The notes under the pieces are model-generated. The model had not been told where the DNA came from, did not search any database, and was given only the letters and a program-made list of their open reading frames with translations. Position numbers and translations under genes: made by a program. Shown piece after piece: positions 8,566-15,540 of a stretch of DNA of 43,693 bases. The DNA is from Thermoleophilia bacterium (lineage in GTDB: Bacteria > Actinomycetota > Thermoleophilia > Gaiellales > F1-60-MAGs149): positions 1 through 43,693 of the forward strand of contig JBAXOM010000002.1 of assembly GCA_037133215.1 (NCBI GenBank), given 5' to 3'. Numbering within the stretch: position 1 is the stretch's first letter; every line of letters starts with the position of its first letter.

Positions 8566-9119
8566 TCGTTCAGCTCCTCGGTACGGGTCTCGGCGGCGAG
8601 CACAGCATCGTGCCCACCGTCCATGCGAATAGTTGTGCCATTGATTGATTCGGCGTTGGTGCCAAGCATAAGGTCGGCGACGGTAGCGACCTCAGCGGGT
8701 GCAGTTGCATCGGCGACAAGAATTGCATTGACGGCGATGCCGGGCAGTGTCGAGGCAACCTCCATCAGCATCACGAGCCCGGCCGCGATCAGTGATCGCA
8801 CGCCATCGCGGTGGTCAGGGATCAGCCCGCCGGTTGGGCAGACGATCACGACACGCGTCGATAGCTCGAGTTCGCTCAGAGTCTGGAGAACGGCAGCCGC
8901 GGCCGTCAGTGTCTCACCCAATAGTCGCTCGAGTTCACTGGTCTCGACGGCACCGAGCGGGCCAAGCGAGGGCGGCAACGCGACGATCGCCAATTCGGTC
9001 GGGCGGTCGCGTCGGACGATCTCGCGCACGGTGGTGCGGGCGGGCGACGAGGCAAAGCGCGCACCATCGGCCAGGGCCTGGGCAACCGCACCGTGAGTGC
9101 CGATCACGAGGCGCGTCAT
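8562..9119 (-). CDS. Short, degenerate SDR-like protein lacking the canonical cofactor and catalytic motifs
   Basis: About 185 aa from ATG 9119 (ATGA overlap with the upstream SDR stop; an alternative GTG is at 9146). SDR-like layout remains: LVIGTHGAVAQALA in place of TGxxxGxG, VVIVCPTGG in place of the Ser strand, DHRDGVRSLIAAG in place of YxxxK. The SDR C-terminus is retained (GIAVNAILV...INGTTIRMDGG). Confidence 0.6.
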   Translation of the reverse strand: MTRLVIGTHGAVAQALADGARFASSPARTTVREIVRRDRPTELAIVALPPSLGPLGAVETSELERLLGETLTAAAAVLQTLSELELSTRVVIVCPTGGLIPDHRDGVRSLIAAGLVMLMEVASTLPGIAVNAILVADATAPAEVATVADLMLGTNAESINGTTIRMDGGHDAVLAAETRTEELNE

Positions 9120-9874
9120 CGATCGACCCCTGGGTGGGCCTGCCACGCGGTTGTCGACGAGCGCATACCCGCGTCGATCAGCAGGCCAGTACCGGAGATG
9201 CGGGAGGCATCTGCGCTGACCAAGAAGGCTGCGGCCGCCGCGATGTCTTCGCCGCGGAGGATCGTACCGAGCGGTGGGGGTAACCAGCCGTCGGTCGCAC
9301 CCGGCGTGCGACGCCCGGTCGTGGTGGTCAACATGCCTGGGGCGGTGTCACCGGGGCAGATCGCGTTGACCCGCACTCCGGTGGGCCCCCATTCGGCGGC
9401 GAGACAGCGCGTCATCGTCAAAGCCATCCGTTTAGCGATCGAGTAGGCGGCAATTGGGGCCTCACCCCAAACGCCAGCGTCGGAAGCGGTGATCAGCAGC
9501 GAGCCTTGCGACGTCTGCAGATGCGGCAAGGCGGCTCGTGCCTGGCGATGCACGGCAAGGACATTGACGCTCATCAAGAGATCCCAATCGGCATCGGGAG
9601 TATTCGGGAGGTCGGCGTCGAGGATGACTCCAGCGTTGAGGATCACGGCGTCGAGACCACCCAAAGCCTCGGCGGCGCGGGCGACGGTGTCGTCGGTCGA
9701 GTTGCCAACATCGCCGACGACTGCCACGCCGCCGATCTCAGCCGCCATCGCATCGGCCCGTTCCTGCGAGCGTCCTGCAACCGCGACGTGCCAGCCATCG
9801 GTGGCAAGACGGCGGCAGATGGCGGCGCCAATGCCCGAGGTACCGCCGGTCACGAGTGCGCGCATTGGTGTCAT
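9116..9874 (-). CDS. Classical short-chain dehydrogenase/reductase (SDR)
   Basis: From MTPMRALVTGGTSGIGAAI; NAG, YSIAK and VNAICPG motifs. The ORF-track 400-aa version (to 10318) is an out-of-gene extension across ddrB. The ATG at 9874 overlaps the ddrB stop (ATGA). Confidence 0.85.
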   Translation of the reverse strand: MTPMRALVTGGTSGIGAAICRRLATDGWHVAVAGRSQERADAMAAEIGGVAVVGDVGNSTDDTVARAAEALGGLDAVILNAGVILDADLPNTPDADWDLLMSVNVLAVHRQARAALPHLQTSQGSLLITASDAGVWGEAPIAAYSIAKRMALTMTRCLAAEWGPTGVRVNAICPGDTAPGMLTTTTGRRTPGATDGWLPPPLGTILRGEDIAAAAAFLVSADASRISGTGLLIDAGMRSSTTAWQAHPGVDR

Positions 9875-10173
9875 CCCGCGAATTCTCCCAGTGGTCGTCG
9901 TGCCGCGAGCCGGGCGGCAGCACGGCCGAGCAGGCGAGCATCGCCAACAGGCCCGTGGAGGTATGCGTCGTCGGTTCCCGTGGAGAGCGCAACGACAAGC
10001 TCGGCTCCATCGACCGCGAGCCCAATCCCGAGAGGTGAGCGCACCGCAGCGGCCCTGGCCGAGATTGGCTCGGCCAGGATCTGGAGCGGCACGGCCTCTT
10101 CCTCGAAGGCGGCCGTAACGAGTCGGATCAGTCCCGCGTCGGCACTGGCCAGCACGACGGCCGGGGCGCTCAT
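9871..10173 (-). CDS. ddrB: Diol/glycerol dehydratase reactivase small (beta) subunit
   Basis: 100 aa. MSAPAVVLASADAGLIRLVTAAFEEEAVPLQ resembles the DdrB/PduH N-terminus (SAPAI..I......L.GIEEEGIP). ATGA overlap with the ddrA stop. Confidence 0.7.
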   Translation of the reverse strand: MSAPAVVLASADAGLIRLVTAAFEEEAVPLQILAEPISARAAAVRSPLGIGLAVDGAELVVALSTGTDDAYLHGPVGDARLLGRAAARLAARRPLGEFAG

Positions 10174-11858
10174 AGGGTCTCCGCGTGGAGCAAGACGAGC
10201 CCAACAGCGACGGCGGCCCGTGGCCCGTGTTCGCCCAAGACATCGCCGCGCGCAATGGCAAGATCGAGGTCAGCAAGTGCCAGCGACACCTCGCTGACGA
10301 TCTCGGCGTCTTCGGCACAACCGCCTACGAGGACAGCGAGCTCCCCGCGGGGAAGGCCCCCGGCAGCGGTAATCGCCCGGCGGAGATTGCCTGCGATGAT
10401 CGTCCGTTTCGCGGCTCGTCGCAGTCGGGCCCAGACTTCGGGCGCGAGGTCGGTCTCGAGAGCATCGAGGGAACCGTCTTGACGCTCCGTGATGCAGAGG
10501 TGCGCGACAGACTGTGGAGGAGCGGGGGACGTGAGAAACGTTCGGCTGCCGTCCTCGTGCCTCAGGATGAAGGGCGTCTCGACGTGCACACTTGGGTGTC
10601 GCTTCGCCTGCTCCGCACGCAGCGGATCAATGCCGAGAATCGCGCCACAGATGCGATCAACGAGAAGGCCGGCACCGGCAGTTGCGATAGCAACGTCGCG
10701 GTCATCGAGCTGGACGTGGAGGTCGACGGTACCTCCGCCCATGTCGATCACGACGGGGGCGTGGCCGGCACCTGGAGTTGTTGACGCTCCAGCCACTGCG
10801 GCTGCGGTCTCGGCGGCGACGACGACAACCTCACCCGAGAAACGCTCACCAAGGGCCTGTTCGAGCGCACGGTCGTCGCGGCGTGCGAGTACCGCGAGCC
10901 CAACGGCGCGTCGTTGACGGAGGCGTAGCGAGAGTGCCGCGTCGTCGATTGCCTCAGGGAGTGGTGCCCAAAACGCGTCAATCAGGTTGGCGTCGATTCC
11001 TTCGATCGCAACCACCTCGCCCACGCCCGGTGGTGTGGTGCTGATATCGATCGTGCGGGTCGAGCCGTCGGTCAGTGTCGCGAGGTGTGGCTGCTCTTGT
11101 TCGGTGCTGCCACCCGACGCCTGGCGGCGAACGGCGATGCCTGCACGATGGCCAAGCAATGCGCGCGCTGCATTGCGGGCACCACGCGCACGGGTGGGAT
11201 CGAGCGAGAGCAACACGGCTAGACGCAACGGATCGGCGAGCTGGACGACGGTTGCACCAAGCGGTGCCACCTCGACGGCAGCCCATGCGCCTCGCGGCAA
11301 CTCATCGGTATCGGCCACCTCATCGACGATTGGCAGCGTGGCGTCAACGCGGTTGCCGATCAACACACCGTCGTCGCCCGCCACGATGATCGCGACTAGT
11401 TGCCAGCCCTCCGCCCGTGCTGCATTGAGAGCCGCTGCGGCGGCGTCAAAGTCGATCGGCCCGACGATCGGGATCACCGGGACCGGTAACGGGTCGCCGA
11501 CGAGCTCGACTAGATCGATCAGCTGCCCAGCCGCTGCCCCGACGCCCGACGGCGTGGCGCTCACGGGGCGAGCGATGCCAACACCGCCGAGGTCCTCTTC
11601 GCTTTCGGCCGCGAGTTCGCGAAGCCCGGTCTCGACCGGATGGAGATCAGCCAGCAGAATGCGCGTTGGTGTCTCGCCGAGTCGCCGACTGGCCCGTTCG
11701 ATCAGGTCGAGCACACCCTGGGCAGACTCTGCCGTGCCTTTTGCTCCCGTCGTTGGCCCGCGCGTGACACTCAGATGCTCAGGTGGTTGCCCTGGTACGA
11801 GCCGCGCTAACGCGACCTCGGTCGTAGCGTTGCCAACATCAACACCGGCGACGAGCAC
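10170..11858 (-). CDS. ddrA: Diol/glycerol dehydratase reactivase large (alpha) subunit, ATPase of the actin/HSP70 fold
   Basis: 562 aa with GTG start. N-terminus (M)LVAGVDVGNATTEVALA matches the DdrA/PduG phosphate-1 motif. A second nucleotide motif is VVIDMGGGTVD. Positioned directly after the dehydratase subunits. Confidence 0.85.
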   Translation of the reverse strand: MLVAGVDVGNATTEVALARLVPGQPPEHLSVTRGPTTGAKGTAESAQGVLDLIERASRRLGETPTRILLADLHPVETGLRELAAESEEDLGGVGIARPVSATPSGVGAAAGQLIDLVELVGDPLPVPVIPIVGPIDFDAAAAALNAARAEGWQLVAIIVAGDDGVLIGNRVDATLPIVDEVADTDELPRGAWAAVEVAPLGATVVQLADPLRLAVLLSLDPTRARGARNAARALLGHRAGIAVRRQASGGSTEQEQPHLATLTDGSTRTIDISTTPPGVGEVVAIEGIDANLIDAFWAPLPEAIDDAALSLRLRQRRAVGLAVLARRDDRALEQALGERFSGEVVVVAAETAAAVAGASTTPGAGHAPVVIDMGGGTVDLHVQLDDRDVAIATAGAGLLVDRICGAILGIDPLRAEQAKRHPSVHVETPFILRHEDGSRTFLTSPAPPQSVAHLCITERQDGSLDALETDLAPEVWARLRRAAKRTIIAGNLRRAITAAGGLPRGELAVLVGGCAEDAEIVSEVSLALADLDLAIARGDVLGEHGPRAAVAVGLVLLHAETL

Positions 11859-11859
11859 G

Positions 11860-12258
11860 TCAGCTGATCAGCCCACGACGGGTGTAGTGCGCGATTGCCT
11901 CGTGTACGAGCGCTGCGCAGCGCACGCCACCACCAGCCTCGAGTTCGGCAGCGATGGTTTGGAGCTCGGCCACCGATGAACGGCCGGGACGCAGAGCGTC
12001 GTAGAACCGGAGCACGTCATCGTCGGAAAACAGAGCGAGTTCGGCACCGCGACGGAGATTGTCGGCCAACTGTGGATTGCCACCCTGCTCGGCAAACTCG
12101 GCCTGGCGACGCAACGTGTCGGGGTCGACCGCCGCGTCGGCAGAGGTAATCGTGCCGGCGCGGATATCAGCGACGGTCAATTCGTCGGCAGCCTTTCCGG
12201 TCTGCGACCGAACGTCGGCGCGGTTGTGTTCTCCAAGGGGATATTTCAACTCGGCCAT
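11860..12258 (-). CDS. pduE: B12-dependent diol/glycerol dehydratase small (gamma) subunit
   Basis: 132 aa. MAELKYPLGEH...LTVADIRAGTITSADAAVDPDTLRRQAEFAEQGGNPQLADNLRRGAEL is typical of the dehydratase small-subunit family. Overlaps the large-subunit gene by 13 nt. Confidence 0.85.
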   Translation of the reverse strand: MAELKYPLGEHNRADVRSQTGKAADELTVADIRAGTITSADAAVDPDTLRRQAEFAEQGGNPQLADNLRRGAELALFSDDDVLRFYDALRPGRSSVAELQTIAAELEAGGGVRCAALVHEAIAHYTRRGLIS

Positions 12259-14495
12259 GTGACCTCAATCTCCTGCGGAGTCCCTGCGCGCAGACACTGG
12301 CTCTCGCGGTTGATCAGCGCTACCACCTTGGCGTGATACCGCGGACCCATCGGCTCCCCCGACTCGGGCAGCAACACCGGGGAGGGCTTCTCGCCGCGCG
12401 CGTGACGCGCGGCATTGCGGCCCATCAGGCGGTAGCGCGATGCGTCGATCAACGGCGCCATGCTCAGCAGTTCGAGATTGGCAAGGGTTGGGAGGTCCGC
12501 GCGGTGGATCAACGCCGTTCCCTTCCCCTGAATGCCAAGCGCAACGCCGCTCCCCGACAGGTTCGCTGCGGTCCAGCCGATCATGCCGAGGTCGAGCGAG
12601 TGGGTGACGCGCACGACACGGGCGTGCACACCTTCCTCCTCGATCCCAGCCAGGATCTGGCGCAACGCCTCGCCCACCGTCAAGCCGGAGAGCGTAAGCC
12701 AGACATCAACGCCAAACGCGGGGGAGATGCCAATGACAACCTCGTCTGGGCGGGGCCGCACGGCCGCTGGGCCGGTCTCGGTCAGGACGACACATCCAGC
12801 GTGAGGCGCCTGCTCTGCGAGCAACTCCACGTGCGAACGCTCCTGTCGGACGCGGGCCATTTCCTCGAGGCGAGCGGAAGACGGGCGATAGCCGGTGCCG
12901 GGACCTGCGTAGTCGTTGGGGTCCGTGAGTGCACTCAACACGCTCATGTCCTCAGCGAAGATCGCCGAGGTTTGGAGGTGGTCGCCAAACAGGCGTTGGC
13001 GGGTCATCTCGAGCACACGCTCAGCCTCGAGTTCGAAGCCACGGATCGACAGCGCGCGCACGACATCGACCGCGGTGATCTCGCGCTCGATAATTGCGTC
13101 GCCGGCACGGGCCGTCTCATCGGTCTGGTGCTCCGACACGTCGAGGCTGCCATGGGCCGTTACCACCCGCTCGAGCTCGGCATCGTCGAACGTCATTAGA
13201 TCGAGTTCATCGAGCACCGCCCGACAGGCCTCGGCGGCGCGACGCCGTAGCGGCAAGAGGGTGTCGTCGCCTTGCGACCGCAACACACCCTCAAAGCCCC
13301 AATCGCGTTGGACCATCATGTAGTCATCGATGTCTTCGGCGTTGAAGTTCGAGGCGCCAAAGGTGTTGTCGTAGCTCGGGATCGAGCCAAAGCCGCTGAA
13401 AAGAAAGTCCGAGCCGGCAAGCAGCAACGGCAGCGTGTGCGCGGTGCGACGGATGTCCGATGCGCTCATCTGCGTGTCGTTGCCCGTGCACGACTCGAGG
13501 CCGTAGAGCGTTGCCATGACATTCTCGGCCAGGATCTCACGCATGCCGTTTGGCACAGATCCCGTGACATTGATGCCGTCGATGCCGCCGTTCTGCGTTC
13601 CCTGTGAGCCCGCCGCACGGGTGATCGCGACACAGCGCGCCTCGAGGTAGAGCATTGATTTACCCTCCGCGGCACCCATCAAAACTTCGGCGCCCGAGCC
13701 GGAGGTGAAGCGCATCTTGAGTCCGCGAGAGGCATAGGAGGACGCCAAGAGCGCCTTCGACCACGGGGTGTCGTCGCCATCGAGAAAGACCTGCTCGGTG
13801 CCGTAGACAGAGACCGTCTCGGCGTAGGTCGTCAGACCGCGCATGCCTAGTTCGAGTTCGGTCTTCTCCTCGACGGAGCACTGCGTCAGCGCGCCTGGAG
13901 CAGGTACCTGACTACCGATGAGGAGTGCAAGGGCGACGAGTGGGGCGTCGCGCAGCACGGGGACCGTTGTCTCCAGCTCGCGGAAGCCGAGCGCCACGGC
14001 ACTCGCCGCGTCGGCGGCAATCAGGAGCGGGTGGTCGATGCGATTGGTGACGTGCGCTTGGATCGAGGGCGTACGTCGTGCCCGCATCTTGGCCATCGCC
14101 TGCATCAACTCGAGCGGACTGAGCAGACTAAGAATGCGTGCGACCTTGGCGGGCGTCATGCCCTCGACGAGGCGCAGGATCTCCGTACGGGGTACGTCGT
14201 GTCCACAGAGCATGCGCGCGAACGTGATGTCATCGAGCGCCATCGCCTCCTCGGCGACAGTCGGGTCGATCCCGTGCGCAGCGAGGAATGCGTCGATCAG
14301 GTCAAAATCGGCCTCTGATCGACCGTCGATCTCGACGATCCGTCCGTCCTCAACACGAATCGACGGGTCGGGATCGTTGGGACTATCGAAGGCGATCAGG
14401 CCAAGCTCGGGATACTCCGGCACGACGACGTCGCGACTGATCGCGCGCGTTTCGAAAAACGCGCTGCGTCGAGACGTTCCCTCAGCCGGCTCCAT
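12246..14495 (-). CDS. pduCD: B12-dependent diol/glycerol dehydratase, fused large (alpha) and medium (beta) subunits
   Basis: 749 aa. Residues 1 to about 560 are collinear with PddA/PduC: SPNDPDPSIRV, MRARRTPSIQAHVTN, LTQCSVEE, VYGTEQVF.DGDDTPWSKALLASSYASRGLKMRFTSGSG, MLYLEARC. After a roughly 35-aa linker, the C-terminal part of about 190 aa matches the beta subunit core: VVIGISPAFG, LAGIEEEGV.ARVVRV, SGSGVALGIQGKGTALIH, NLELLSMAP. Confidence 0.9.
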   Translation of the reverse strand: MEPAEGTSRRSAFFETRAISRDVVVPEYPELGLIAFDSPNDPDPSIRVEDGRIVEIDGRSEADFDLIDAFLAAHGIDPTVAEEAMALDDITFARMLCGHDVPRTEILRLVEGMTPAKVARILSLLSPLELMQAMAKMRARRTPSIQAHVTNRIDHPLLIAADAASAVALGFRELETTVPVLRDAPLVALALLIGSQVPAPGALTQCSVEEKTELELGMRGLTTYAETVSVYGTEQVFLDGDDTPWSKALLASSYASRGLKMRFTSGSGAEVLMGAAEGKSMLYLEARCVAITRAAGSQGTQNGGIDGINVTGSVPNGMREILAENVMATLYGLESCTGNDTQMSASDIRRTAHTLPLLLAGSDFLFSGFGSIPSYDNTFGASNFNAEDIDDYMMVQRDWGFEGVLRSQGDDTLLPLRRRAAEACRAVLDELDLMTFDDAELERVVTAHGSLDVSEHQTDETARAGDAIIEREITAVDVVRALSIRGFELEAERVLEMTRQRLFGDHLQTSAIFAEDMSVLSALTDPNDYAGPGTGYRPSSARLEEMARVRQERSHVELLAEQAPHAGCVVLTETGPAAVRPRPDEVVIGISPAFGVDVWLTLSGLTVGEALRQILAGIEEEGVHARVVRVTHSLDLGMIGWTAANLSGSGVALGIQGKGTALIHRADLPTLANLELLSMAPLIDASRYRLMGRNAARHARGEKPSPVLLPESGEPMGPRYHAKVVALINRESQCLRAGTPQEIEVTWPS

Positions 14496-14583
14496 GGATC
14501 GATGCTACCGCTTTTTCCAGCGGGAGGCTGGCCTAGCGAGCATAAGCGGACACCTTCAGATCGGAACGTGCCACGATTCCGCC

Positions 14584-15540
14584 ATGACAGGGATCCGTCA
14601 AGGCGTCGCCCCCTCGACCATGCTGGCCGTGGTGGGCGATTCGGCGAGCGGCAAGACTACGCTGACGCGTGGTCTGGCACGCGTGCTTGGTGAGGAGCAG
14701 GTTGCCCATGTTCCGAGCGACGACTACCATCGCTACGACCGTGCTCAGCGCAAGGTGATGGGCATCACGCCGCTCAATCCCGAGGCCAACTATCTCGACA
14801 TCATGGCGCGCGATCTCGAGACGCTCTCGACGCAGCGCGCGATCCTCAAGCCCACCTATCGCCATACCGACGGCACGCTCGGTCCGCCTCAATACCTTCA
14901 GCCGAGTCCCTACACGGTGGTCGACGGATTGTTGTGCCTCCAGACCGAGGAGTTGCGGCGACGCTTTGACTGCACCGTCTACATGGACCCACCAGAGGAA
15001 ATCCGACGAGCCTGGAAATTGCTTCGTGACACCACGCGACGCGGCTACACGACGGACGAGGTGCTTGACGAGATGGATCATCGCGAGCGCGACTCGGTCA
15101 AATGGGTACGACCGCAGCGCGCGTTTGCAGACCTTGTGATCACGTTTCGTCACGGCAGCCGTCCCGAGGAGAAGAACCTCGACGCAGAGATTCTGCTGCG
15201 ACCAACGTTGCCGCATCCCGATCTCTCCGGTCTTGGCGGCGAGGGACCTGACGATCTCACGATTACGAAAATGCCGCATGGCGAGCAGTTGTTGAACGTA
15301 CCGGGCATCCTGCCGCCGGGACGTGCACAGGAGATCGAAGAGGCAATTTGGGATCGCCTGCATTTCGCTCGCCATCTCCAGCTCGACCGACTCGGGCAAT
15401 TTACACGCGGCATGGATCTGTATCGATCCGATGCGCTGGCCATCACCCAGCTCCTCGTGCTGTACCAGTTGGTGACCGCGCGGGCGACCCGTGCGCTCGA
15501 CGTCGCCGGCGCACCAACGCGCCACGGCGAGGTCGACTAG
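14584..15540 (+). CDS. prk: Phosphoribulokinase (class II, cyanobacterial/plant-like PRK/uridine-kinase fold)
   Basis: 318 aa from MTGIRQG (alternative ATG at 14620). P-loop VVGDSASGKTTL. DDYHRYDRAQRKVMGITPLNPEANYLD, LKPTYRHTDGTLGPP, VVDGLL, VYMDPPEEIRRAWKLLRD..RGYT and VRPQRAFADLVI are collinear with class II PRK as I recall it. The ORF-track start at 13918 is antisense read-through of pduCD. Confidence 0.78.
   Translation: MTGIRQGVAPSTMLAVVGDSASGKTTLTRGLARVLGEEQVAHVPSDDYHRYDRAQRKVMGITPLNPEANYLDIMARDLETLSTQRAILKPTYRHTDGTLGPPQYLQPSPYTVVDGLLCLQTEELRRRFDCTVYMDPPEEIRRAWKLLRDTTRRGYTTDEVLDEMDHRERDSVKWVRPQRAFADLVITFRHGSRPEEKNLDAEILLRPTLPHPDLSGLGGEGPDDLTITKMPHGEQLLNVPGILPPGRAQEIEEAIWDRLHFARHLQLDRLGQFTRGMDLYRSDALAITQLLVLYQLVTARATRALDVAGAPTRHGEVD

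Noticed and set aside
7600-9096. 498-aa plus-strand ORF across the SDR genes
   Set aside because: Arg/Ala/Ser/Pro-rich low-complexity translation with no motifs, lying antisense to three well-supported minus-strand genes. This is a typical high-GC shadow ORF.
9875-10318. N-terminal 148-aa extension of the SDR ORF (ORF track 9116..10318)
   Set aside because: The extension is Arg/Cys/Pro-rich junk that overlaps ddrB and the end of ddrA. The SDR fold begins at MTPMRALVTGG (ATG 9874), which forms an ATGA overlap with the ddrB stop.
13918-14583. N-terminal 222-aa extension of the prk ORF
   Set aside because: It is antisense read-through of pduCD with Ser/Arg-rich composition. PRK homology starts at the P-loop just after ATG 14584.
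14496-14583. Possible cobalamin riboswitch upstream of the B12-dependent dehydratase
   Set aside because: The intergenic region is only 88 bp and is shared with the divergent prk. It is too short for a cobalamin aptamer, and I could not find a B12-box-like sequence.
14584-15540. Evidence for a Calvin-cycle operon
   Set aside because: Only PRK is present. No RuBisCO, FBP/SBPase, transketolase or cbbR-adjacent arrangement exists in the window, so I report it as an orphan PRK rather than a CBB locus.
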